From assembly GCA_010909165.1 (NCBI GenBank), contig MU008172.1, forward strand, positions 620,001 through 684,000: DNA of 64,000 bases. The letters run 5' to 3'. Source of the DNA: Anthoceros angustus. Its lineage: Eukaryota; Plantae; Anthocerotophyta. The translations under genes and the position numbers were made by a program. Under the pieces are notes generated by a model. It was not told the origin of the DNA, ran no database searches, and saw only the letters and a program-made list of their open reading frames with translations. Below, in pieces: positions 51,746 through 64,000 of the stretch (the stretch's first letter is position 1; every line of letters starts with the position of its first letter).

Positions 51746-54700
51746 ATGGGCTGGGGCGGTGCCATAGCAAGGCAGATCCGCATCTTCTGGGTCGCTCTGA
51801 TTGTGTTTTTGGATTACAAGGTGCGTTCCTGCTAGGTCAAATGTTGCCAATTGTCCTTGAGGTTTAGCTTCCAGGTATTGTGTCCATCTTGCTATGGGTC
51901 TCAGCACAATTCGGGGCCGATTGGGTCGTTGGTAATTGACATTGTGGAAGCTGTCGTGGAGCAGTGGACCCAAAAATGGGACCCCTGGACTCGCGAATCC
52001 CAGAGAGAAAGGCTTTGGGAAAGCACCCATATTCGGAACTCCAAGCGGGTGCTGCATGTTATAACCAAACTGAAGGGACTGTGGGTGAAGGCTGGCCAGT
52101 ATTTGTCAACGAGGGCGGATGTTTTGCCTGAGGCTTATATCATTTGTTTGCGTGTGCTCCAAGATTCACTCCCTCCACGTCCATTGTCTGAGGTGATAGT
52201 CAACTTGCGCTTCGTGTTTTGTGGTCTGGAGAGCTCAATCATCTGGCTCACAGATAGAGGATGCTGTCCTGGGTTGCAGGTCTATGGTACTGTGGAGAAG
52301 GAGCTGGGGAAGCCAGTTGCGGATCTCTTCACTAATTTTGTTGAAAGACCAATCGCCACAGCTTCGGTAACCACTGGAGACCATGCATTTATTTATTTGC
52401 AACTATGGGCTTCTTGTAGCCTCCCAGGCTGTGTTACTTCACGCTCACGGCCGCTATCCTTGGCTCTTGTTCAGATTGCACAGGTTCATCGAGCATATAC
52501 AAAAGACGGTTTGGATGTTGTTGTCAAAGTCCAGCATGCTGGTATAAAGGATATCATTTTGCAGGTTGGTTCTGAGTTCCCCAGCTCATGCATGTGCTTA
52601 TTAGGAGATCCGCAATAGGCCAAGACAAATAGAGCAGCAGTACTGCTGGGAATCCTAAGATTCTAGGTTGATGACTGCAGGATCTAAAAAATGCTCGGAC
52701 GATCATCAAATGGATAGCTTGGGCGGAGCCTCAGTACAACTTTGGCCCAGTTATTGACGAGTGGTGCGCAGAAGTCCCAAAAGAACTTGATTTTAATCTA
52801 GAATCTGGTATTATGTTCAGGACTGTTTTGTTTTCCCTGTTCCCACATTTCTTAAGCCCCCAAAGATGTGAGGCATGCAACTGTAACCGGGCAGCTATAT
52901 CCCTTGCTTTATTTGCAAGCTGCAGATGCTTATCTCATGATCCTCTGAACTAAACATGCTTATGCAGCTGCATTGATTACTTTCAGAAAGTACGCGTAAG
53001 GTTGCTAGCAATTTGGATTTTGAAAACACGCACACCTCTAGCTCATTCAAGAGTCAAGTTGACATTCTGGTTCCTCATGTTATTCAGGTAAGATTTCCTG
53101 TTTTATCCATCAATTTGCAGTTAGATCTGCAGTTATGCATGCTGCAAGCTGACCATTTGGTTGTCTGATTTCAGTCGACTGAGAAGGTTTTGGTGCTGGA
53201 GTACATGGATGGAGTGCGGTTGAATGATGTTGCAGCACTGGACTCGCTAGGCGTGGACAGGCAACACCTTGTGGAAACAATAACACGATGTTATGCCCAC
53301 CAGATATACATAGATGGATTTTTCAACGCAGATCCTCATCCAGGTGAGAGTTAGTCTACTTCCTTTGTTCTGTTGTGAGATCCTGTCCTCTCAAGTGACC
53401 TGTGTTTCTGTGAAATTAGGGAATTTCCTGGTCAGTCGGCAGCCACCATTCAAGCCCATTCTTTTGGACTTTGGGTTGACAAAGTCTTTGAACTTTGCTA
53501 CCAAGCAGGCATTTGCAAAGATGCTCTTGGCTTGTGCGGAGGTGACCAGTTTGGCATCCTTTACGCCTTTCGTTTATCTTGTAATTTTCACCTCATGTGT
53601 TGCAGTGCAACGATGCATGGATTCTGACCTTGTTTTGACCATGATATATAGGGGGACTATTCAGCTCTCTTGTCAGCTTTCTCTGAGATGGGATTAAAGT
53701 TAAGGCTTGATATACCTGAGGAGGCTATGGAAGTCACAACCTTCTTTTTCCGCCGTTCTATGCCAGCAAAGGAAGCTGTCGTATGTCACCCAGCCCATGT
53801 CACATGTGTTGTGCCGTAAGCCGCACAATGTCCGGTATGTACACCTAGCAGATGCTGACTAGTTGCAGGTGGTTGAAACAGGACAGTTTGCCGAATTGGA
53901 GCAAAGAGCGAGATGAGCGATTGAAACGAATTCAGGAGAAAGCGCAGCTGGAAGAGAAAGGGAAAAGTATTCGAAATCCTGTATGGTTCACACCTACAGC
54001 AAACATCCCGTTGCTGATTCATCTGGTTGTGTTGCTACAGTACAGAATGTGAACTGATGGTAGAGTCCTGGTTGATTATTTTTGTGCAATCCCTTTTGAG
54101 TCATCTAGTTGAGTAGCTGGATTGACATGCCTGGCCTGATGGTTGGGGACAAGGAGGCCTTTGGACCCTGCTGCCAATCTGGGCAGCCTGATGCTTTGAA
54201 TGACCAGGAGAGCATTGGAGGCTGCACTTTTCATGGCTGTATGGAAGTGATCCAGACATGATTGGCCTGCAGGTAGATGCTTTCCCAGGTGACGCTGTGT
54301 TCTTCATGCGAGTTCTGAATCTGCTTCGTGGTACGTAGCTTTGTGGGCAAACAGAGATTTGTGATGCAGCTTGTGGCAAGCTGAAAGCTGGATCTGCAAC
54401 CCTGTGATCTTCAGGTTCATTCTGGTCTTGGCTGACTCCAGACTTTGACTGAAATTACCAATCCTGTGCAGGTCTATCAGCAAGTCTAAACACTCAAGTT
54501 GTGTATCTGGACATAATGAAGCCATTTGCTGAGGTTGCTTTGTCAAGGTATCTGAGCAACAGCTCATCTGAAGGTCGTAAAGCACATTGACTCGTGGTGT
54601 GAAACGGGAGCACCGGGGTCTGATGTTTTGCAGGCTTTAGTTTCTGACTACAGCACCTTGATTCTGCTTCGTTTTCAGCAGCAGTATTCCACAAGGAGGT

Positions 54701-56750
54701 GGCAATGAAATAGAACGGAACAGCTGGGTGTATGAGACACCTTCCAAGTCGGAAACTGAGGACAAAGTGCGAAGCTTGTTGCTGGAGTTGGGTCGTCAGC
54801 AACGCATCCTGGGCATTCAGGTTGGATGCTGCTTTAGATTTCAGAACCTCCAAACCATGCACTTCTTTTGTTATTCCTGTTTACTGTATACACGTACTCT
54901 GTGTGTCTATTGGTGTAGGATTTTTGAAAAGGGTTTCATGTTCATGTGTAGGTATGTGTCTATAAAGATGGGAAAGTGATCATTGACACATCTGCTGGGG
55001 TACTCGGGAAATTTGACCCTAGGCCAGTTCAACCTGACAGTTTGTTTCCAGTCTTTTCCACAACAAAAGGGGTGACAGCTGGGCTCGTGCACTGGCTCCT
55101 TGATCATGGGTAAAATCTCCAGTGTTTGTTGTCACGAACAACGGTTTCCAGGGCAATCGATGCCTTTTTGCCTAATGTGGGTGTTTGCGTTTACACCAGA
55201 GCTCTGGATTTGGATGATAAGGTGGCTGACTTGTGGCCAGAGTTTGGCGTGAACGGAAAAGAAACTTGCACGGTATGGAAATCTGCTATTTCTCCGTGGA
55301 TGCAGAGTATGGATTCACTCAGTTTCGGTCATCTTGGCAAACTTGTTTGTTTGATGCAGGTCGCGCATGTTCTTAATCATACAGCGGGTTTACATAATGC
55401 TCTCTCGGAGGTGATGAAAGCAGAACCACTTGTGATCTGCAACTTCGAAGATTGTGTAAGTCGGATTGCAGCAGCAGAGCCAGCAAGCCCACCTGGTAGT
55501 CAACAGGCATATCATGCCATGTCCTTTGGTTGGATTTGTGGGGGCATCATCGAGGTATAAGAGTCAACTGGTATTGCCATTTTGACTAAGAGGATGGGTG
55601 CTCTTTCTTGTCAAATCCTGGATAGAAGTATTTTACTTCCGACCGGCGAGATCTGAGTGTAGACATGGTTGACCTTGTCAAATGCAGAGGGCATCCAAGA
55701 AGTCGTTCCAAGATTTCTTGGAGCAGACATTCACGAAACCATTGGGAGTCACGGGGGAATTCTACATAGGCATCCCACCCGGTAACCCATGTGTCCGTGG
55801 TGCAAGCTTCTGATGCTCTGGGAATTCTTCCACTAACTAGTCATACTTTCTTGTCCCTGACAGGCGTAGAATCTCGTCTGGCGTCGCTCACCCTTGACAG
55901 TGACGAGCTGAAAAAGATCCTGACACAGCACCAAGCTGCAGCAGCTATGAATCGTGTCATGGGAAATGGCAGCTCAACATTGGCTGGAGCTGAGCATGAG
56001 GAGGAGAAGCAGCAGCCATCTGCAGCAGCAGCACCGCCATCCCTCTTCCTGCAAAGTAGAGTAGGAGACATGGGTGGTGTCCTCTCTTCTGCAGTAACCC
56101 TGTTCAATGCTTTGTTCATCCGACGAGCAGTGGTGCCTGCTGCCAATGGTCACTTCTCTGCCAGAGCACTAGCTCGTTTCTATGCAATGCTGGCAGCTGG
56201 GGGTAAGATTCCAGAAACGTCGTCATCAAGTGAGCCTCCACTAGGCAGCCACCCACAGGTTCCCTCAGTATCACCCACCAGCAGCAAGAAGCGGGGCCAA
56301 GGATATGGGAAAAGTACCTCACGAACCTCCACTCCCGGGGACACAACGGCGGTAGCGACTGAGGACTCCAACCAGCTGTTCTCCAGCCCCAAGCTCTTCC
56401 AAGCAGCTGCGGGCACAGGGGAGTTCAGCCAGCATGTAGTGGAAGGGGGGCAATTCGGACTAGGTTTTATCCGCCTTCCCTCGGAGGCATCTGGCGATGA
56501 AGAGGGGGTCTTGCCGTTCGGTCATTCTGGCATGGGAGGCAGCACAGGCTTCTGCGATCCTGCGCACAACTTCGCCATAGCCATCACGCTCAACAAGCTC
56601 AACCGCGGCGACGTGGCCGGTGAGATTGTGCGACTGGTTTGCAGAGAGCTAGGCATCCCGTGTCCACTCCGCTTTGCAGAAGGAGCAAAGCGCGGGGTAG
56701 ACATGACACTAGAGTTGGAGGCAGATTCTGGCACAGATTCCATCGTCTAA
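51746..56750 (+). CDS. ABC1/UbiB atypical kinase fused to a C-terminal beta-lactamase domain (At5g24810/ABC1K11-like)
   Basis: MGWG...LDYK start; GLWVKAGQYLSTRADVLP; IATAS|IAQVHRA; VVVKVQH; ELDF; FFNADPHP|GNFL; LLDFGL; then FPVFSTTK, HVLNHTAGL, YHAMSFGW and GHSGMGGS. Confidence 0.93.
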
Positions 56751-57123
56751 GTCAGTCTCATGTACTAGCGCATTTCCAAAAATTCCGCCATTTTCCTCGA
56801 ACGATTTCTTGAACAGTCCGTGTCCGCAATTCCGCACTTCCTTGAGGTGAAGGCGCACTGAGATGTCCGCAGTCGAGGTCGAATCAGGCTGGTCTGCGAT
56901 GTTGATTTTTCGCTGGTGCCATGGCATCTATCCTGAAGGTAAAGTGTGCCGAAGGACAGGTTGTTGCTTCCTGGTTCCGCTCCTCGACAAATATAGATAG
57001 ATGGTAGCTCGGTGCTACAGTGGCGTGCAATTGCGGGCACGTTATTTCCCCTTGCAAGCCGCAGCAGCAGCTGCTGCAGCATTCGGTGAGCTTGCTCGGG
57101 CCGGCCCGTCCAATTCCGCAACC

Positions 57124-58473
57124 ATGGCCGGGGAAGGAGAAGAAGATTTGATGCAAGTGGACGAGCCGGAGGACGTGGAGAGGGTGCAGAGGTTGGTGGA
57201 GATAGGCGTGACTCGAATTCCGCGCAGGTTTATCAGGCCTCTGGAAGAGCGGCACGATGAGGCTCTGGTGGATTGGAGCGGGGCGATCCCGGTGATCGAT
57301 CTCGCGAACTTCGAGGGAGGGGCCGCCCGTGCGAGAGTGAGGCGGGAGGTAGGCCAGGCGTGCGAGGAATGGGGGTTTTTCCAGGTGGTGAACCACGGGG
57401 TGCCGCTGCGGGTGATGGAGGAGACGTTGCGCGTAGGACTCGGATTCTTCGCTCTGTCCAGCCAGGAGAAACTGCGGTACGCTCGGGACCCCGGCGGCTT
57501 CGCCACGGAGGGGTATGGCAACCGGATGCTGGTGCAGGAGGACCAGGTAGGGCTTGGACGGCGTCCGCATGCATGCAGAAAGCGGGGTTGATGCCATGAG
57601 GTACCTTTGCCGTGTTCCAGGTGCTGGATTGGAGAGACTACGTTGATCACCACACCCTTCCCTTGTCGAGAAGGAACGAGAACAACTGGCCCGACAAGCC
57701 TGCCGGCTACAGGTGGGCTGCGACAAAGCTCTGCTTTCCAGCCCAGCAATGCGATTGCATGGCCTGTCCTTTACCTTTACCCTTGCCCCTGACACTGCTT
57801 GGACAGGGAAGCTATTGTTGAGTACAGCGACCATACCAGGCTTCTGGCTGAGAAGTTACTGGCTGTCATCTCCGAGAGTCTGGGGCTGGGCTCATCCGCA
57901 GTGGCTGATGCGATAGGAGAGCCCGTCCAGAACGTGAGCATCAACTACTACCCGCCCTGCCCCCAACCAGATCTGACTCTGGGACTGCAGTCCCACTCGG
58001 ATTTCGGAGCCATCACTCTTCTCATCCAAGACGAGGTTGGCGGACTCCAGGTAGCCAAGGATGGGCATTGGGCGGCTGTTCCTCCCGTGCCCCATGCGTT
58101 TGTCGTGAATCTGGGAGATCAGATGCAGGTACGTCCTCTCTTCCCGAGCTTAAATGTAGTTGGTAATTGGGTAGCTGGTGGTGGATGTTGACTAACCTAG
58201 TCCCTTCCCGTGTCGGTGATGCAGATATTGTCTAATGACAGGTTTAACAGCGTGGAGCACCGTGCTGTTGTGAACCGCAAGCGGCCTCGGATGTCGGTGG
58301 CGACGTTCTATGATCCGTCCCGGGAGCGGAAGATCGCACCCTTGCGAGAGCTGGTCGGACAGGGGCAACGCCCGCGCTACAGAGAGATCGTCTTCGGGGA
58401 TCACGTTACCGCTTGGTACTCCAAAGGTCCTTATGGGAAGAAGAATTTGGATTCCCTAGCTGTAGCCGGTTAG
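57124..58473 (+). CDS. 2OG-Fe(II) dioxygenase (jasmonate-oxidase/At4g16330-like DOXC); an upstream in-frame ATG exists at 57001
   Basis: ERVQRLVE...ACEEWGFFQVVNHGV; EGYGNRML; LDWRDYVDHHTLPLSRRN..WP; YYPPCPQPDLTLGLQSHSD; SVEHRAVVN; RMSVATFYDP. Confidence 0.92.
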
Positions 58474-58914
58474 GAGTCAGGTTGAAGGTTAGTTTTAATG
58501 TAAATAAACACACTACCTACAAGATAAATGGAGGTTTTATTAGGGGAGGAGATAGAGTGAGCCCCATGTACCATCGAAAGGACAATCTAAGCCAGAGCCA
58601 GAGCCAGAGGCTACGGACGCCCGACTAAACAGTGAGGCCCACCATCCGGGGGTCCACCCAACACCGGTGCCCGTGTCCAGGGTCGCCAACTAGTCCATGG
58701 CCCTCATCCCTCGTCGCGAGACATGACGCATGACGTTCACATGACGTTGGCGAGGATCGAGCCCGCGTCTGAAGATAATAGAAGACGCTGAAATAATAGA
58801 AGACGAACGAAGACGACGAGGTCTTTTTATGGTCTTCTGGACGAATTTTTGTTGTCATAGACTTTGTAACACCTTGTAGGAAGGCCCTTTCTTTCCCCGG
58901 ACCACGATATTCTC

Positions 58915-59048
58915 GGAGCAGTAGTTAGTTTCAAGATGGGCGATAGTACGGCTAGTCCCTTGGCCTGGTGCCCTCCACACGGTTGCTCCCTTTCGTGTGA
59001 GGGTAGATGAGAGTTCTCATCTCTTTTTCTACATTAAGTCTCCACGTT
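58915..59048. repeat. Second copy of the dispersed repeat seen at ~21200-21332
   Basis: GGAGCAGTAG.TAG.TTCA...GGCTAGTCCCTTGGCCT...GGTTG.TCC...GTAGATG.GA...AAGTCTCCACGTT is shared between the two sites. Confidence 0.7.
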
Positions 59049-59216
59049 TTCTTAACAACTTGTACCATAGTGTGCCTAAGCTATAGTTGCACCAAGGCAT
59101 CCACTCCCTCTATGCCATAAGGTACTTGCACCAAGGCACCCCTATGGACTTGGCATTTCCAAACTTATGAGTATAAAAGCTCTGCGACGGGATTGCAGCC
59201 ACTTAGGGCAGACGGG

Positions 59217-59444
59217 TATGGGGCATGGGGTTCTTGTGGCTTGCACTACCTACCTACATGTATTATAGATTTTATCTAACAAGGAAAATGGGATATGGGG
59301 CATGGGGTTCTTGTGGCTTGCACTACCTACCTACATGTATTATAGATTTTATCTAACAAGGAAAATGGGATATGGGGCATGGGGTTCTTGTGGCTTGCAC
59401 TACCTACCTACATGTATTATAGATTTTATCTAACAAGGAAAATG
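59217..59444. repeat. 77-bp tandem repeat, ~3 essentially identical units
   Basis: TATGGGGCATGGGGTTCTTGTGGCTTGCACTACC... starts at 59217, 59294 and 59371. A diverged partial copy with its downstream flank recurs at ~60121-60215. Confidence 0.9.
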
Positions 59445-60563
59445 AGAAAGGCAGATATATCGAGAAGTAGAGATTCGAGAGAGTACAGTTGTTTTTTACA
59501 TCTCCAAGAGCCGTTATGGGCTGTTTAGGGCGATAAACCTTGAGTGCCACACTGAGAGAGTTCAATCCTCAAGCCCAACAAGGAATGCTCATGAGAGAAG
59601 AACTTAGAGACTTCATTGACCTTGTCCCTAGGCCCGAAAATATGGTAGTCGTTCGCAAGCGATGAGAATACACTATCACGTGTTGAGGCTGAGCATATAG
59701 CTATCGCACCATAGCCGCATAGGGCTCATGACACACCTAAGGCTAAACAAGTATCAACACTTTTATCCTACAGTATCTCGAAACATAGCATGGTCTCAAC
59801 TAAAGGCCATGCCCAACAACCAAAGCTTGCCGTGACTGATCATGCAGCATGTCAAGGGATCGAGACTTATCACTACGAATAAGACCTAAAACCAGTAGCC
59901 GCGAATGAGCAAAATAGCCTCACCCTTGCATGGGCAAGGGCGCGTACACTCCACTCTTGAGGGCTCAAACAAGAAGAAGAATGGGATATGTCTGGTTTGT
60001 AGTCCTCTATAATATAGTTTCCTCTATTGAAAGAATTTAGCAGGATATATAATTATAAATAAAATTATTCTTCTTAAGCCCCTTCATAATTGTTTCTCAC
60101 ACAATGGCCTAGGTGAACTTATGGCTTGCACTACCTACCTGTAGATCTTTATGTGAGAAGGAAAACGAGAAACGTAGAATATATCGAGAAGTAGAGACTC
60201 GAGAGAGTACAGCTATTGTCTACGTATGTGTGCCGAAGCCTTTATCTGAACTTGAACTCGTATTGTGAACTCCGCATTTTTGTCAGGCCTCCTCGGCCAG
60301 ACTCCGGCGACGAAACCGAGGCGACGCTCAGTAATGGCTTGTAATGAGGAGGGCGGGGGATGTTGGTAGAGGTGCACAACTGCGGTGGTGTCTTAGCTGC
60401 TTGGAATTTGCAGCCCACCCAGATTCCTTGAGAATTCATTCATGAGGCCCGGCTGTACAGGTGAAAACGATCCGCATTCCTTGGGCGCGCGTGGAGATTG
60501 ATCTGTTCCCGGAAGTCGTAGAGCTGAGACCGGCCGGGCGGCAGACCTGCGCAAGTCGCAGAC

Positions 60564-62095
60564 ATGACTACAGAGCCTCCGTGGGCTGCAGCTGCTACCA
60601 GGACGTTGTGCAGGATCGTCGTGAATCTACTCCTGTCTTTGGCTTTGGTCGTGTGGATCGTCCTCGGTCTACTCACGGTTGGAGACGTTTATGACTTGAA
60701 TTCCGGCCTGCACGACGCGGTTGTACCTCATCTACTCGGGCTGGATCTTGACGTTCCTCGCAATGCCTACGGGGCAGCACACCCGGCAATGCAGCAAGTG
60801 AGTTTGAATTTGTTCGTCTTTGTAAGTCTGTCGGGCATCGCCTCCTCTTACAAAGTGTCTTATATGTGTTTCCAACAAAGCAGGTACATGAGAGCCCTCC
60901 CAGGGGGCCTCGTGTGGCAATCTGCCTTGTGGGTGGAGCTCGAGCTTTCGAGCTGACAGGGCCCACTATTAAGAAGTACGTTCTGGATGTTTATCACGAT
61001 GCTGATATCTTCCTCCACTCACCCCTGGACCAAGATGCTCACAAGTTCACTCTCCTGAGTGGTACCCAAAACCTTGCAGCTGCTCGAATCTTCAAACCTG
61101 AACCCATTCCGCCTTCCCGGGCCCCTGAAGGACTGCTCATGGCAGCCAATTCTCCAAACGGAACTCAGGTAATCGGCACCAGACAACTTCTAACCGAATT
61201 CGCTTGATAGTTGCCCACTGTGCTTTCAGTTTTTACATGTGGAGTAGGAAAGGAAAGAACCGAAGTCTCATTGTGCAACAGCAACGTACTTATTGTGGGA
61301 TTGCTCTGGCAGGGTCTTTTGCAATATTTCTCTCTGGTGGAAGGATGCGTGGACATGATCAAAGGCTACCAAGCTGCACACAACGTGACATACGACTGGA
61401 TAGTTAGGACAAGGGTGGATACCTTCTGGAACAACCCTCTTCCGCCTGTAAGTTCCTTCAACAACCAGTCTTATACAGTGCCATACGGCTCCCAATATGG
61501 AGGCCTGAACGACAGGCTGGGGATCGGAACCTGGAGGACCAGTGAAGCCGCATTAGCAAGAGTCAGTCTTCTGCCAGCCCTCCATTCACACGGCTACTCG
61601 GGGCTGAACTCTGAGACAGCGTTCAAGAGGCAGCTATCGGTGTCAAACATATCATACGAGACTCGACTTTTCCCTTTCTGCGTGCTGAGCCGCAGAACAT
61701 ATGGTTGGCCTTCCACACCTATGGGTGTTCCTGTGGCATCCATTCTGAGCAGGGGACCACTGAACGGCGCCAAATGCAGACCCTGCACTCCAGCAGTCAC
61801 GGGTATAGAAGCCCGGCGGGTAGCGGACACATTGCACAAGACATGGGGCTGGATCGGGCCATTCAACTCCACCGAGGACTTGCAGCTATGTGAAGCAAGA
61901 GGGGAATGGGACTCAAACTGGGAGAGCGTGTACTCTGAAGCTCTTGGCCGGGCAGATAATTTTGAGGACAGGCAAATGCTCTACAGCAGGTCTGCAGCGA
62001 GCTGTGTAAAGGACGTGGAGGCTCTCGTGGCAGAATGGGACTCTTGGACGGCACCGTCACCCCAGGAAATATGCCAGGCAGCCCGACCACCTTGA
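60564..62095 (+). CDS. Conserved uncharacterised plant type II membrane protein (possible glycosyltransferase-like fold)
   Basis: N-terminal TM helix; RVAICLVGGARAFELTGPTI; NSPNGTQ|GLLQYFSLVEGC; YDWIVRTRVD; YGGLNDRLGIG; GPLNGAKCRPC. These are recurrent motifs of a land-plant family of unknown function. Confidence 0.8.
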
Positions 62096-62310
62096 CGCCT
62101 TGGAGGTGGAGTGTGAAGGAAGAATGTTTCGGAGGAAGTGTAAATTGTAGGAATGAGAGTGAGGTTGTTCAATCCATAAGCCCATGTCTTCCGTGTCGGT
62201 TCCGCATTGCCGTACACGTCACGTAAGAAACGGCACGCGTGTGGCGCTCGGATGTTGCAGGAAGCTTATAAGATGCCGTGGCGTGTGCCAGATCGTTGTA
62301 CTCGTCAACA

Positions 62311-63671
62311 ATGCAGGGAGGAGCTGTGACGGGCGTGAAGTCGCTAGTGGACAGTGGCCTCCGCAGCCTGCCCAAGCAGTATGTGAGGCCGCAGTCGGAA
62401 CGGATTGTGGGAACAGAGGTGCCAGGGGTAGAGCTGCCGGTAATCGATCTCTCCTCCTTGGATGGCCCCTCCAAGTCTGAACGAGATGCCTCCCTGCTCG
62501 CTATGCATCAGGCCTGCAAAGAGTGGGGATTTTTCCAAGTACGTCTCACTCTCCTCCCCCCCCCACCCCGATTTGTGTGCCGTGTGCCGGGATGTAGACT
62601 CGGACCACACCGTTGTTGATGGCCGGGATGAGACGTGTGGCAGGTGGTGAACCATGGAGTGCCCGCGTCTTCGTTGGACGGGATCTCGAAGCTGGCTCGC
62701 GACTTCTTCGCGCTTCCTCTGGAGGAGAAGCAGAAGTTCAAGCCGCAGCCTGGGCAGCACGTTTCCGTGGGCAAGTTCGGAACCAGCTTCGATCCCAACC
62801 AGGACGCTGTGCTGGATTGGAGAGACGTTTTGAGGCACTTCTTTCCCGCGACCTGGCAGTCGGACCAGGGCACCTGGCCGGGCGTGCCCCCTCTCTACAG
62901 GTGAGCCTCGAAATCGTGATCGACCCCGCTCTGGAATTGCGTGGCACACAGCGCACAGGGCCTGTTGTTTGACGCATTTGGTGCCATGGCAGGGAGACCG
63001 TGGTAGGCTTCCGAAACGAAGTGACAGCTTTGGCCGAAAAGCTGTTGTCGCTGATGGCTCTGAACTTGGGGCTTCCAGAACACACTCTCAATGAAGGAGT
63101 AGGGGCCTCCGAGCAACACGTGCACCTGGTGTACTATCCCGAATGCCCTGAGCCGGATCTTGCCCTGGGGATTAAGAGTCACGCGGACTCGGGAGCCATC
63201 ACCCTGCTTCTCCAGGACGAAGTGGGGGGCTTGCAGGTCAGCAAAGATGGCCGATGGCTGCCCGTCAAGCCCATTCCCCATGCGTTTGTCGTCAACATCG
63301 GAGACGCATTGCAGGCAAGTTCGTTCGAAATACCTCTCATGTTTTCCCGAATTCCCGAAAGGACACATGGCAGTCTGATGTGCCTTTATGTGTGCACTGC
63401 GAATGTGCAGGCTATCACAAACGATGCATATCCCAGCGTGGATCACAGGGCAGTAGTGAACGGGGGGAAAGCTCGCTTGTCTATCGTCACTTTCCATACT
63501 CCGGAGCCAAACCATGTCATCTCCCCTGCACCTGCCCTAATCTCACCAGAAGAGGGTGCATGCTATCGCAGTTTCACTTTTGGGGAATACCTGAGGGCGG
63601 TGTATGGGAAGGGACTGGATGGGAAGAATGTCCTGAGCAAATTCAGGGTTGATCATGACCAAACTAGCTAA
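62311..63671 (+). CDS. 2OG-Fe(II) dioxygenase (DOXC class), 4 exons
   Basis: GVKSLVDSG...LPVIDL...ACKEWGFFQ|VVNHGV; LDWRD; YYPECPEPDLALGIKSHAD; SVDHRAVVN; RLS. The third intron is GC-AG (63315-63410). Confidence 0.92.
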
Positions 63672-64000
63672 CAGGATGAGCCGGTTCAGAGCAGAGAGCA
63701 GCCATGGCAGCAGAGGAAGGTGAAGGTGAGGAGAGTGTGCACTGGACTACACTGTAGCAGGTCTGTCCAGTACAGCAGTGACCAGTGTCAACACTGAATG
63801 AGCAAGATGAGTAAAAAGGAAATGGATATTCATCCGCACAAAATTGTTTGGGGTGATAACAAAACTGCGGGCCTGCCCTTGCACAACAATGGTAGCAGCA
63901 ACAAGAGCAAATTAGATGCCAAGGGCCAACCTCCTTGCGGTCCCAGCTCTATACTTGGTGTCAGTCAGCATGTCTGGCAAAGGTGAGACTCAGCAATGGC

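Noticed and set aside
45962-56750. Beta-lactamase domains as antibiotic resistance genes or recent bacterial HGT
   Set aside because: They are intron-rich and part of the conserved plant ABC1 kinase/beta-lactamase fusion family. The fold alone does not imply beta-lactam hydrolysis.
56884-57834. 316-aa and 235-aa minus-strand ORFs (similarly 30492-31331 and 62344-63515)
   Set aside because: They are antisense to GC-rich exons of well-supported genes and show no independent protein features.
59217-59444. Regular repeats as a possible CRISPR array (also 21106-21250)
   Set aside because: The units are contiguous with no unique spacers, there are no cas genes, and the context is eukaryotic.
60187-60214. 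GAGAGAGTACAGCT resembling the 3' part of miR529 (also near 59477)
   Set aside because: The match is only partial and interrupted at the 5' end, no complementary star arm is visible, and it lies within a repeat.

Overview
Eukaryotic nuclear DNA from a gene-dense land plant with many short (about 70-120 bp) GT-AG introns. The gene content and compactness suggest a small-genome, early-diverging lineage such as a hornwort, but that is inference. I can support about 16 protein-coding genes. In order: a bHLH IVc/ILR3-like factor; a divergent mitochondrial PDH E1-alpha; ARP4; TTI1; an intronless orphan ORF; a canonical PDH E1-alpha; BSH/SNF5; a 2OG-Fe(II) dioxygenase; a NECAP-like protein; a plastid RlmN; a stand-alone beta-lactamase-fold hydrolase; DEAD-box RH58; an ABC1 kinase/beta-lactamase fusion; a second dioxygenase; an uncharacterised type II membrane protein; and a third dioxygenase. 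Mobile DNA includes a decayed Ty3/gypsy remnant, two inverted copies of a TA-flanked MITE, and a full-length Ty1/copia element with TA...TA LTR ends and a 5-bp TSD. The most notable observations are: (1) BSH/SNF5 appears spliced in frame to a ~545-aa Gln/Glu/Pro tandem-repeat N-terminus, reminiscent of yeast Snf5; (2) partial inverted duplication of the ABC1K gene produced an apparently intact kinase-less serine hydrolase gene; (3) the copia leader carries a tRNA-derived Pol III-like cassette; (4) a second PDH E1-alpha has a different intron pattern and an altered ThDP-pocket loop. Exon boundaries were read by eye and no database search was run.
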